From assembly GCA_028276365.1 (NCBI GenBank), contig JAPYWL010000001.1, forward strand, positions 16,488 through 80,487: 64,000 bases of DNA. The letters run 5' to 3'. Below, piece after piece: positions 50,085 through 59,169 of the stretch (its first letter is position 1; each line of letters opens with the position of its first letter). This stretch comes from Deltaproteobacteria bacterium. GTDB lineage: Bacteria > DRYD01. A program made the position numbers and the translations under genes. The notes beneath the pieces were generated by a model. It worked only from the letters and a program-made list of their open reading frames with translations, was not told the DNA's origin and did not search any database.

Positions 50085-50870
50085 ATGTCTATTAGTTTAA
50101 AACAGGAAAAGGGAAAAATTATATTTAAAGTATCTGATATTAATTTAGAATCTATTAGTTTAAAATTAAAAGAATTGTTTAATAAGGGACTTTTGGAAAT
50201 TTTAGATGGTAATAGTGTAATATTAGATTTGGGAGATTTGGGAGTAAATGAATCAGAATTTAAGAATATTATTTCTTCTTTTCACAATTTAGGTATTAAT
50301 ATAGATACTATTAGAAGTAATAATCCTATAACTAAGATGATTTCAGTTAGTTATGGGATTCCAATAGATGCACCATCTATTATTAATACTAATAATAAAT
50401 TAACTCCAAAAACTAAAGTAACTACTGTGGATAATATTAAAAATTTTAACAATTTTGAAAAAAATTTACAAGAATTATCAAAAGTAAATAGTAAAAATTT
50501 AAATATAGATAGTTTAACTAATTTAAATGATTCGGATATTTTAATAATTAATAAAACATTAAGAAGTGGTAATTATATAGAAGATAGAAGAAGTATATTA
50601 ATAATAGGAAATATAAATCCTGGATCTGAAGTAAGAAGTGGAAATAATATAATAGTATTAGGTAGGCTTATGGGAATAGCACATGCTGGGTATCCTAATA
50701 ATTACAATGCATGTATATTTGCTTTAAATTTTAATAGTTCTACTATTAGAATAGCTAACTTAGTTGGAGAATATAATGAGGAATTACTAAAAAACAAAAA
50801 GAAAGAATTAAAAAATGTATTGTTTAAGGTTGTTAATTCCTCAATTATTATGGAAATTATTAAAGATTAA
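50085..50870 (+). CDS. minC: Septum site-determining protein MinC
   Basis: C-terminal beta-helix motif LRSGNYIEDRRSILIIGNINPGSEVRSGNNIIVLGRLMGIAHAG. The ATG at 50085 lies 8 nt after GGAG; the listed GTG at 50064 abuts the upstream SD-like sequence. Confidence 0.8.
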   Translation: MSISLKQEKGKIIFKVSDINLESISLKLKELFNKGLLEILDGNSVILDLGDLGVNESEFKNIISSFHNLGINIDTIRSNNPITKMISVSYGIPIDAPSIINTNNKLTPKTKVTTVDNIKNFNNFEKNLQELSKVNSKNLNIDSLTNLNDSDILIINKTLRSGNYIEDRRSILIIGNINPGSEVRSGNNIIVLGRLMGIAHAGYPNNYNACIFALNFNSSTIRIANLVGEYNEELLKNKKKELKNVLFKVVNSSIIMEIIKD

Positions 50871-50896
50871 GAATATTAAAAGGAGTTGATAAAGGG

Positions 50897-51718
50897 ATGA
50901 AAGAAGAAGTTAAGGCTTATGTAGTTACTTCAGGTAAAGGGGGAGTAGGTAAGACTACTGTTACTGCAAATATAGGAGCAGCTTTAGCTTTGTTAGGATA
51001 TAAAGTGGTATTGGTTGATGCTGATGTAGGATTAAGAAATTTGGATTTAGTTTTAGGTTTAGAGAATAAAATAATATTCGATGTTTCAGATGTTATAGAG
51101 GGGCGTTGTAGAAGTTATAAACAAGCTCTTATTAAAGATAAAAGATTTAATCAAGGAAGTTTATACTTATTACCTGCACCTCAAACTAAACAAAAGGAAG
51201 ATATAGAACCTCAAGCTTTTAAAAATGTTATACAAGAAATAAAAAATGATTTTGATTTTATTTTTATAGATTGCCCTGCAGGGATTGAACATGGTTTTAA
51301 GATGTCAGTTTATGCTGCTGATGAAGCTATTGTTGTTACTACTCCTGATTTATCTTCTATTAGAGATGCTGACAGAGTTATTGCTACTTTAGAATCTTTA
51401 GAAAGGTTTTCTCCTAAATTAGTTATTAATAGATTAAAGAAGCATATGCTAAAGAAATCTCAGATGTTGTCTGTTGAGGATATCTTAGAAACTTTAAAAA
51501 TAGATTTATTAGGTATTATTCCTGATGATGAGTATATAACTATTTCTACTAATCATGGGGAACCTGTGGTTTTAAATAAATCTAAACCTTTAGCTAAATA
51601 TTTTATTAATATTGCTAAAAGGTTAGTTGATCCTTCTGTTAGTATAGAAAATCCGTTTAATGATTCTAATTTAATTGAAAAGATAGTTAGTTTAGTTGGG
51701 ATAAGGAAAAAGTTGTAA
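50897..51718 (+). CDS. minD: Septum site-determining ATPase MinD
   Basis: Deviant Walker A VVTSGKGGVGKTTVTANIGAALA, plus IFIDCPAGIE. Confidence 0.95.
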   Translation: MKEEVKAYVVTSGKGGVGKTTVTANIGAALALLGYKVVLVDADVGLRNLDLVLGLENKIIFDVSDVIEGRCRSYKQALIKDKRFNQGSLYLLPAPQTKQKEDIEPQAFKNVIQEIKNDFDFIFIDCPAGIEHGFKMSVYAADEAIVVTTPDLSSIRDADRVIATLESLERFSPKLVINRLKKHMLKKSQMLSVEDILETLKIDLLGIIPDDEYITISTNHGEPVVLNKSKPLAKYFINIAKRLVDPSVSIENPFNDSNLIEKIVSLVGIRKKL

Positions 51719-51734
51719 AATAGGGGGATATATT

Positions 51735-52019
51735 ATGGCATTACCTGAATGGCTACAGGAAATAATAAATTTCTTTAAGAAGGATTATAAGGTAAGTTCT
51801 TCTAAAATAGCTAAAGAAAGATTACAATTAGTTATTGTACAAGATAGAAATCAAACTAACAATAAAACAATTGAAAAATTGAAAGAAGATTTAATAAATG
51901 TTATATCTAAATATAATGATGTAGATGTAGAATCTATGGATTTCCAAATTAAAACACATGATAAGAAAATAGCTCTGGTTGCTTCTATACCTTTCAAAGC
52001 CTCTAAAAAAAATAATTAA
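51735..52019 (+). CDS. minE: Cell division topological specificity factor MinE
   Basis: KERLQLVIVQDR motif, 94 aa, directly after minD. Confidence 0.85.
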   Translation: MALPEWLQEIINFFKKDYKVSSSKIAKERLQLVIVQDRNQTNNKTIEKLKEDLINVISKYNDVDVESMDFQIKTHDKKIALVASIPFKASKKNN

Positions 52020-52025
52020 ATAATT

Positions 52026-53020
52026 ATGAAGAAAATAGATTATCTTTATTTATGGATTATAAATGTTGTTATTTTTATTATTGCTATTAATAGTGGATCT
52101 TTATTTACTTACTTGATTTTTGTTTTATTAACTTTGGTTTTAATTTTATCTTACCTTTATCCTAAGTTTGCTTTAAATAATTTAAAAATAATTAATTTAT
52201 ATTCAAATACTATTGATGTTTTTAAAAATGGTGAATTTAATATTAAATTTGTTATATATAATGATTCCATTTTTCCTGTTTTTTTTTGAAAATTAATATA
52301 AATAATGATTATTTAGTTTTATTGAATGAAGATAATATAATTTATTATATTCCTCCTTATTCTAAAGTTGAAAAAGAATTAAATGTTAAAGCTATAAAAA
52401 GAGGATACTTAAATAATATATCTGTTTTATTAATTAATTCTTTCTTATTTGAATCACTAAATATTTATAAAGAGTTTAATTTACCTTTTGAATTTTATAT
52501 TTATCCTAATTATACTAATATTGGTTATTATGATGTTATAGTTAATAATATTGGTAATATTTCTTCTATATTTTATAAATTATCTGAAGAAGGTGAATTT
52601 TTTTCTATAAGACCTTATTACTTAGATGATGTAAAAAAAATAGCCTGGAAACATTGGGCTAAAACTGGCAAATTGGTTGTTAAGCAAAAAGCTGTTTATG
52701 AAACTAATTATACTTTTTTCATTATAAATAATTATAAATTAACTGAAGAATTTGTAGAAAAAATTAATTCATTATTTAAATATTTATTGGCTAATGAAGT
52801 GAAATTTAAGGTAATAGATCTTGAAAAATTTTTAAAAAATGAAGAATTGATTGATATTACTAATTTAAAAAAATCTTTAATTTATTTAGCTAAAATTGAT
52901 AACTTTGAGGATAATTTTAATTATAATTTATTAAAGGAAAAGATTTCAAATTTAGAAAACTATATATTGATAAGTGATAGAAATAGTTCTATAAAAATTG
53001 AAAAAGAAATTAGAATTTAA
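52026..53020 (+). pseudogene. DUF58 family gene split into two frames at a T9 homopolymer
   Basis: ORF 52026..52289 encodes two N-terminal TMs typical of DUF58 proteins. ORF 52286..53020 carries EGEFFSIRPYYLDDVKKIAWKHWAKTGKLVVKQ, the DUF58 core. The frames meet in the T-run at 52279-52287, and one extra T would fuse them (...FPVFFLKININ...). Confidence 0.6.
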
Positions 53021-53047
53021 TTAAAATCTATATAAAGAGGTGAAAAT

Positions 53048-53932
53048 ATGAAATTTTATAAACTAATATTTTTAATTTTATTAGCTTTTTTTATACTAAA
53101 TGAACTTTATTCTAAAAATGTAGAAGGAAATCAAAAATTTAGTAATATTTTGGATACTAATACTAAGGTTAGTTTTATTAATATCAATTATTATATTGAA
53201 AATTACTTTTATAACGAAAGAAAGAATATAATAGATATAAGGGATTTTAATAGTTATATTAAAAATCATTTAGTTAATGCTTTATATTTTAATATTGATA
53301 ATATTTTTTTTACTTATAATGGGATACCTAATAGATTAAGAAATATAGAAGATTTAATTTATGATTTAGAGAAAATGGGATTAAATAAATACAATAACTT
53401 TTTTATTTATTCTTATTCTAATGATTATTTAAATAGGGATTTTGACATTTTTGTGTTAGCTTCTCTGCTTTATATGCTTAGAGTTAATAATATATATATA
53501 ATAGAAAATCCTTTTGAAAATATATCATCTAATTATATTTCTTCTAAAATAGATTATGTAAAAAATAAAGGATATTTATCTATTAATTTAACTAAAAATT
53601 ATCTAAAGAATTATTTTATAAATTATCAAGAACTAGAAAAGAAATTAGATTCAGGATATAAATTGGTTTTTGTTTATAGAGATTTAATTTTTAATAAAGA
53701 TGAATTAATACCTAATAGTATTAGTTTAAAAGTTAATTTTAATAAAGATAGATACGTATTGGGTAGTTATTTAGCTGGATATAATTTAAATAAAACCGAT
53801 AAAATAATTTTGTATTCTTATGATCTAAAAAATAGTTTATTTATGTTTTTTGTAATTAAAGTTTATATGGGATATAATGATGTGTTAATTTATGATGGGG
53901 GATTATTTGAATGGAAAGCATTAAAGAAATAA
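53048..53932 (+). CDS. Exported tandem rhodanese-like protein, apparently lacking the catalytic cysteine
   Basis: Signal-like N-terminus, IIDIRDFNSYIKNHLVNALYFNI, and C-terminal LIYDGGLFEWK. The loop where CxxGxR is expected reads YSYDLKNS. Confidence 0.45.
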   Translation: MKFYKLIFLILLAFFILNELYSKNVEGNQKFSNILDTNTKVSFININYYIENYFYNERKNIIDIRDFNSYIKNHLVNALYFNIDNIFFTYNGIPNRLRNIEDLIYDLEKMGLNKYNNFFIYSYSNDYLNRDFDIFVLASLLYMLRVNNIYIIENPFENISSNYISSKIDYVKNKGYLSINLTKNYLKNYFINYQELEKKLDSGYKLVFVYRDLIFNKDELIPNSISLKVNFNKDRYVLGSYLAGYNLNKTDKIILYSYDLKNSLFMFFVIKVYMGYNDVLIYDGGLFEWKALKK

Positions 53933-55065
53933 ATACTAAACAGCATACAGATACAAATCAAGGGGATAATGATAAAGTTTTTCAATACTTTGATAAAAGT
54001 TTTTATAATGAAATTACAGGTGATTTTAAGGAATTTTTAAATTTTATAAAATTTAAGAAGATATTGGTTATTGGGGATGTGATGTTAGATAGATGGATAA
54101 AAGGTGAAGTAGAAAGGATTTCTCCTGAAGCTCCGGTGCCTGTTGTTAAAGTATTTAAGGAATGGGTGGAATTGGGTGGTGCTGCTAATGTAGCTAAAAT
54201 TTTATCTTATTATTCACGTTTTATTCATTTAATTGGATTTGTTGGCAATGATAATTTTTTTAAAAATTTAATATCTTTACTTAGAAAAAGAAGAATTACT
54301 TACAATCTTATTAAAACTAATAAAACTACTATTGTTAAAACCAGAATTATTGCTCATAATAATCAACATATTGTTAGAGTAGATAGAGAAGATACTAATT
54401 ATAATTTTAGTGATTATTCAAATTTGTATAATGATTTAAAATCCTTAAATTTTAGTGATTTTGATATTATTTTCTTTATAGATTATAATAAGAATTTATT
54501 TAATGAGGAGACTGTTGAGTTTTTTGCTAAATTGTTTAATGAAAATTTAGAAAATAAATTTGTAGTAGTTTGTCCTAAACCTAATAATTTTAAATATTTT
54601 ACTATTTTCAATAAAATTGATTTTTTATCGGTTAATAAGAAAGAGGCAAGTGAGATTTTTAGTTTTTCTAGTTTTAATTTTAATGTTAAATTTAATAGTG
54701 ATTTAATTACAAAATTTTTAAAAGATATTAAATTAAATAAAAATTTAAGTATTAAGGATATTATTATAACATTGGGAAGCTTGGGATTAAGTGTTTTTAA
54801 TCAAGATTATAATATATGGATAGATTCTATTAAGCAAGAGGTATTTGATGTAGTAGGGGCAGGGGATAATGTAGCTTCTATTTATGGAGTATTTAAATAT
54901 TATTCTAAAAGTGTTATAAAAAGTGCTTTTTTGGCTAATTTAGCGGGATCTATTGCTGTTTCTAAACCTTTTACTAATCCTGTTAAGCCTATTGATATTT
55001 CTCGTTCCCTTGAGTTCCTCTATAAAACTAATTATAAAAATAAATTTCTAAAAATAAAAAATTAG
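53911..55065 (+). CDS. hldA: D-glycero-beta-D-manno-heptose-7-phosphate kinase (RfaE/HldE domain I, PfkB family)
   Basis: KILVIGDVMLDRWIKGEVERISPEAPVPVV, GGAANVAKIL, DVVGAGDNVAS. Confidence 0.8.
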   Translation: MESIKEINTKQHTDTNQGDNDKVFQYFDKSFYNEITGDFKEFLNFIKFKKILVIGDVMLDRWIKGEVERISPEAPVPVVKVFKEWVELGGAANVAKILSYYSRFIHLIGFVGNDNFFKNLISLLRKRRITYNLIKTNKTTIVKTRIIAHNNQHIVRVDREDTNYNFSDYSNLYNDLKSLNFSDFDIIFFIDYNKNLFNEETVEFFAKLFNENLENKFVVVCPKPNNFKYFTIFNKIDFLSVNKKEASEIFSFSSFNFNVKFNSDLITKFLKDIKLNKNLSIKDIIITLGSLGLSVFNQDYNIWIDSIKQEVFDVVGAGDNVASIYGVFKYYSKSVIKSAFLANLAGSIAVSKPFTNPVKPIDISRSLEFLYKTNYKNKFLKIKN

Positions 55066-55104
55066 GGATAAATGAATAAATATAAAAAATGGGGGAAATA
55101 GATT

Positions 55105-55602
55105 ATGAGAAATATAGAGGAAAAAATATATTTTAATTGGTATAATCTTAAGAAAGTAGTAGAGAAGTATAGATCTTTTTCTAAAATAATAGGTTTTACT
55201 AATGGATGTTTTGATATATTACATAAAGGGCATGTATCTTATCTAAATGAGGCTAAAAAATATTGTGATATATTGATTGTTGCTTTAAATAGTGATGAAA
55301 GTGTTAAATTAATAAAAGGAGTTAATAAACCTGTCAATAGTTTGGAAGATAGGATGTATGTTGTAGCTTCTTTAGAAAGTGTAGACTTTGTTACTTTTTT
55401 CAATGAATCTACCCCTATTAATTTAATTGAGTATATTTTACCTGATATTGTATTTAAAGGTGGAGATTATAAAGATAAAGAAATTCCTGAATTAGATGTT
55501 GTTTATAAATACAATATATCTTTTAAAACTTTGGTATTTGTTGAGAATATTTCTACTACAAAGATAATAAAAGATATATTAATAAAATTTGGGGGTGAAT
55601 AA
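55105..55602 (+). CDS. hldC: D-glycero-beta-D-manno-heptose-1-phosphate adenylyltransferase (RfaE/HldE domain II)
   Basis: IGFTNGCFDILHKGHVSYL, VALNSDESV, FKGGDY. Confidence 0.85.
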   Translation: MRNIEEKIYFNWYNLKKVVEKYRSFSKIIGFTNGCFDILHKGHVSYLNEAKKYCDILIVALNSDESVKLIKGVNKPVNSLEDRMYVVASLESVDFVTFFNESTPINLIEYILPDIVFKGGDYKDKEIPELDVVYKYNISFKTLVFVENISTTKIIKDILIKFGGE

Positions 55603-55604
55603 AG

Positions 55605-56291
55605 ATGTTTCTACCTTTTTCCAAACCGTCATTAAAATATTTAGAAGAAGACTTAGTTAAGTTAACAGTTATAGAAGGTGAAAAATGGGATTATATCTAT
55701 GGGATTATTGTAAATAATTCTAAGCAGGATTTTAAAGTTTTTATTCCTAATTTATCTCAATTTTTAGCAAAGGATTTAGGTATTGTTAATGGTAAAAAAT
55801 TAGAATGTTCTATATTAGAACCTATTAAAGATAATTTATATATTTTTAATTTTGAAACTGTTATTAAGGATATTAATGAGCATAATAAAGAAATGGATTT
55901 AGAGAAACCTAAGAATATAAAAGAAAAAAATTTAGGAAAAATTGGCGAATTATTGAAAAATTTAGATATTGAAGCTGAATTAGATATAGAATATAACGCT
56001 TTAGGAGTTCCTCATTCTCAAAAAGGAAAAACTTATAAAATATTGTCTAACGGTTTATCTTTGTTTACTGCTATTCCTATACCTAATGGTACTATCTTAG
56101 AAATTATTGTTAAAATACCTTATAAAGAGTACATTGATAGAAAGGGGGATAAATTTAGAGCTAAGGTACTTAATTCTAAACAATTAGAGAAAAAGAAATT
56201 TGAAACTTTCCTAGAGTTTGAAACTATAGATGAAGAATTAAAAAAGCAGATTTTTGAATTCGCTTTAATTAATTATAATATTGATAAATAA
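55605..56291 (+). CDS. Hypothetical protein with a possible degenerate PilZ-like C-terminal domain
   Basis: KILSNGLSLFTAIPIPNGTILEIIVKIP resembles the D.S..G beta-barrel part of PilZ, but no RxxxR motif is visible. Confidence 0.3.
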   Translation: MFLPFSKPSLKYLEEDLVKLTVIEGEKWDYIYGIIVNNSKQDFKVFIPNLSQFLAKDLGIVNGKKLECSILEPIKDNLYIFNFETVIKDINEHNKEMDLEKPKNIKEKNLGKIGELLKNLDIEAELDIEYNALGVPHSQKGKTYKILSNGLSLFTAIPIPNGTILEIIVKIPYKEYIDRKGDKFRAKVLNSKQLEKKKFETFLEFETIDEELKKQIFEFALINYNIDK

Positions 56292-56327
56292 ATTATTTAA
56301 TTAATTTAATTAAAAGAATACATTAAT

Positions 56328-57197
56328 ATGCTAAATAATAAGACAAAAAATTATAATGATAGTAAATTCAATAAAGGGGAGAATTTATTAGAAGATCTTA
56401 CTGATGAAAATATAATTATTCAGGGTATAGATAGTGGAAGTGAATATATTAATAAGTTATTTTATTATACAATAATAGAAAATTCAAAGCCTGTGTTAAG
56501 ATCTGTTAATGGGTATCCTAAGGGATCTGTTATAAATATAACAGGTGAAGCTGATACTGGGAAATCCTTATTAGCTCAGACTGCTTTAGTTGTTAATGCA
56601 TTTAAGAATATAAAAGGTGTATATATATCTACTGAAAATCCTTTAAAATATGTTTCATATTCCTTAAAAAGAATTTCTTTGTTATTAAATCTTGATTTTG
56701 AGAAAATAAAAGCTAATATTAAAGTAATTGATTTAACTTTTAAGTATAACTTAATAAATAATATTGATGAATTTTTAAAGAATTTATATTATGAATTAAG
56801 ATCGGATTATAAAAATGGGGTGATAGTTTTTGATTCCTTAACGGGGTTTTATGAAAGTAAAGAGGTAATGGCAAGGTATATTGTTAGAAGGATTTTTCAA
56901 TTTTGTAAAAATTTAAATTTAACTGCTTTTTTGATTTCCCAAAAAAGGGAGGATAGTCCATTTAGCTCTAAATCTGCGGGCGGAATGGCTATTTCTCATA
57001 TTGCTGATTGTAATATTGTTTTATCTAAGATTATTGTTTCTAGTCCTTACGAAAAGAAGATATATGAAAAAGAGGTAGGACAAGTTGTTAGAACTTTTAG
57101 GATAGATGGTTGTAGATTATGTGGGCATAGCTCTAAAACTCATATATTTGAAATAGATAAAATTGGCTTAATTAATTTTATTAAACCTTTAGGTTAA
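56328..57197 (+). CDS. KaiC/RadA-like RecA-superfamily ATPase (single domain)
   Basis: Walker A INITGEADTGKSLLAQ, Walker B VIVFDSLTG, and a C-terminal FRIDGCRLCGHSSKTHIFEIDKIGL resembling the KaiC-family tail. Confidence 0.55.
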   Translation: MLNNKTKNYNDSKFNKGENLLEDLTDENIIIQGIDSGSEYINKLFYYTIIENSKPVLRSVNGYPKGSVINITGEADTGKSLLAQTALVVNAFKNIKGVYISTENPLKYVSYSLKRISLLLNLDFEKIKANIKVIDLTFKYNLINNIDEFLKNLYYELRSDYKNGVIVFDSLTGFYESKEVMARYIVRRIFQFCKNLNLTAFLISQKREDSPFSSKSAGGMAISHIADCNIVLSKIIVSSPYEKKIYEKEVGQVVRTFRIDGCRLCGHSSKTHIFEIDKIGLINFIKPLG

Positions 57198-57243
57198 TAA
57201 AAATATTTGGTTCATAAAATAGGAAGGTATATTAAATTTAGTT

Positions 57244-57285
57244 GTAGAATAAAATAAGTAGAATAAAATAAGTAGTAGTAAATAG
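57244..57285 (+). repeat. 14-bp tandem repeat, two perfect copies plus a degenerate third
   Basis: GTAGAATAAAATAA occurs twice (57244-57257 and 57258-57271), then GTAGTAGTAAATAG, immediately upstream of tRNA-Thr. Confidence 0.85.
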
Positions 57286-57293
57286 TGGGTATT

Positions 57294-57365
57294 GCCGGTG
57301 TAGCTCAGCGGCAGAGCAGGTGATTTGTAATCACCAGGTCAGGGGTTCAAATCCCCTCACCGGCT
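57294..57365 (+). tRNA. tRNA-Thr (anticodon UGU)
   Basis: Cloverleaf folded by hand: acceptor GCCGGTG/CACCGGC, D-stem GCTC/GAGC, anticodon stem GGTGA/TCACC with loop TTTGTAA, T-arm AGGGG-TTCAAAT-CCCCT. CCA is not encoded. Confidence 0.9.
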
Positions 57366-57379
57366 TTTTAATATCTTAA

Positions 57380-58504
57380 ATGATCGAAACTATATTTAAT
57401 GAATTGCTTAAATTGATGGTTACTAATAAAGCTTCTGATTTGTATATTAAACCTTTTAATAAACCTATTTTAAGAATAGAAGATAGTTTATATCCTGTTG
57501 AATTTGAGGATATAAAACCTGATTTTACTGAAAATATCTTTGAACTTATAACTACTGTTTCCCAAAAAAAACAATTTGAAGTAAATCCTGAATTGAATAT
57601 AATTTATTCCATACCTAATGTTCAAATAAAAGATAGATTTAGGATTAACTTTTATAAAAATAAGGGTTATATTGCTTTAGTTATAAGGAGAATAAGTGGT
57701 GATATTCCTGATCTTAAGGAACTTAATTTACCTTCTATTTTAAAAAAATTCATGCTAAAAAAGAAGGGATTAATTATAGTTTGTGGACCTACAGGTACAG
57801 GTAAATCCACTACTTTAGCAAGTTTGATTAACTATATTAATAAAAATTTCAAAAAGCATATAGTTACTATTGAGGATCCTATTGAATATGTTATAGAAGA
57901 TATTAATTCTATAGTTTCTCAGAGGGAAGTAGGAATAGATACTAATAGTTTTGCTGATGCTTTAAAAAATGTAGTTCGACAAACTCCCGATATAATAATG
58001 ATTGGTGAAACTCGTGATAAAGAAACTGCTAATAGTATATTACAGCTTGCTGAAACAGGACATTTAATATTAACTACCTTACATTCACCTAATACTGTTA
58101 ATGCTATTATAAGAATCTTACAATTTTTTGAACAACAGCATCACAAAGAGATAGTTAATTATTTAGCTTCTAATTTAATAGCAATAATGAGTCAAAAATT
58201 GATACCTTCTTTAAAAGTAGGTAGATTGCCTGTAGTTGAGATACTTATAAATAATGCTCGGATGCAGGAATTAATGATTGATTTTAATTTTAAGCAAATG
58301 AGAGCTGAGATAGATCAGTTTATTGGGGATGGAATGCAATCTTTTGATATTTCTTTAATTAAATTGTATGCAAAAGGGTTAATTTCTTTAGAAACTGCTT
58401 TAGAGTATGCAGAAGTTCCCCATGATCTTAGTATAAAGATCAGATCTCTTGGAATTAAACCGGGACAAGAATTGCCATCTGAATTAGAAATAATAAGCGA
58501 TTAA
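57380..58504 (+). CDS. pilT: Type IV pilus retraction ATPase PilT
   Basis: Walker A VCGPTGTGKSTTLASLI, IIMIGETRD, GHLILTTLHS, N-terminal ASDLYIKP. Confidence 0.9.
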   Translation: MIETIFNELLKLMVTNKASDLYIKPFNKPILRIEDSLYPVEFEDIKPDFTENIFELITTVSQKKQFEVNPELNIIYSIPNVQIKDRFRINFYKNKGYIALVIRRISGDIPDLKELNLPSILKKFMLKKKGLIIVCGPTGTGKSTTLASLINYINKNFKKHIVTIEDPIEYVIEDINSIVSQREVGIDTNSFADALKNVVRQTPDIIMIGETRDKETANSILQLAETGHLILTTLHSPNTVNAIIRILQFFEQQHHKEIVNYLASNLIAIMSQKLIPSLKVGRLPVVEILINNARMQELMIDFNFKQMRAEIDQFIGDGMQSFDISLIKLYAKGLISLETALEYAEVPHDLSIKIRSLGIKPGQELPSELEIISD

Positions 58505-58545
58505 TAAATTTAATAAAAATATAATGAAAAAGGAAGGTGTTTATA

Positions 58546-58737
58546 ATGTCTAGAGTATGTGAAATATGTTTAAAAGGTACTATTACTGGTTATAAAGTAA
58601 GTCATTCTAATAGACATACTAAAAGGAAATGGTTTCCTAATTTAAGAAGAGTAAAAATAAATGATAGTTATATAAGAATTTGTTCTAGATGTTTTAAAAA
58701 ATATGGAGTTCAGATTAAATTAGCTGCTGCTAAATAA
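58546..58737 (+). CDS. rpmB: 50S ribosomal protein L28
   Basis: [36 protein letters not shown] at 58546 after SD AAAGGAAGGTG. Confidence 0.9.
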   Translation: MSRVCEICLKGTITGYKVSHSNRHTKRKWFPNLRRVKINDSYIRICSRCFKKYGVQIKLAAAK

Positions 58738-58770
58738 AATAGAGAGTGATAAAAAGGAGGCAAAGATAAA

Positions 58771-59067
58771 ATGTTAGCTATAGTTGAAATTAAAGGTCAT
58801 CAGTATAAAGTTAATAAAAATGATATTATAATAACTGAGAAAATAGATGCTAAAGAAGGAGATGAAATAGAATTAAATAATGTTTTGCTTTATTATGATA
58901 ACAATGAATTGAAAGTAGGCAAACCTTATTTAGATATAAAATTAAAAGCAAGGGTTTTAGAACATTTTAAAGGAGATAAAGTTACTATTTTTAAATATAC
59001 TCCTAAAAAAAGATATAGAAGAAAAAGAGGTCATAGACAATCATTAACTAAATTACAGATATTATAA
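58771..59067 (+). CDS. rplU: 50S ribosomal protein L21
   Basis: MLAIVEIKGHQYKV ... FKYTPKKRYRRKRGHRQSLTKLQI. SD AAAGGAGG upstream. Confidence 0.95.
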   Translation: MLAIVEIKGHQYKVNKNDIIITEKIDAKEGDEIELNNVLLYYDNNELKVGKPYLDIKLKARVLEHFKGDKVTIFKYTPKKRYRRKRGHRQSLTKLQIL

Positions 59068-59084
59068 GAATTTATTATAATAAT

Positions 59085-59158
59085 GGTGGGTGTAGCTCAG
59101 CGGTTAGAGCAGTGGACTGTGGATCCACGGGTCGGGGGTTCAAATCCCCTCACCCACC
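59085..59158 (+). tRNA. tRNA-His (anticodon GUG) with genome-encoded G-1
   Basis: Acceptor GTGGGTG/CACCCAC preceded by an extra G (59085) opposite C73. Anticodon stem GTGGA/TCCAC with loop CTGTGGA, T-arm GGGGG-TTCAAAT-CCCCT. CCA is not encoded. Confidence 0.9.
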
Positions 59159-59169
59159 CCTAATTTATC

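Noticed and set aside
57358-57372. Intrinsic terminator formed by the tRNA-Thr acceptor end plus the TTTTT run.
   Set aside because: The T-run is short and follows a tRNA acceptor stem rather than a dedicated hairpin, and pilT starts 14 nt later. Read-through co-transcription seems more likely, though it cannot be decided from sequence.
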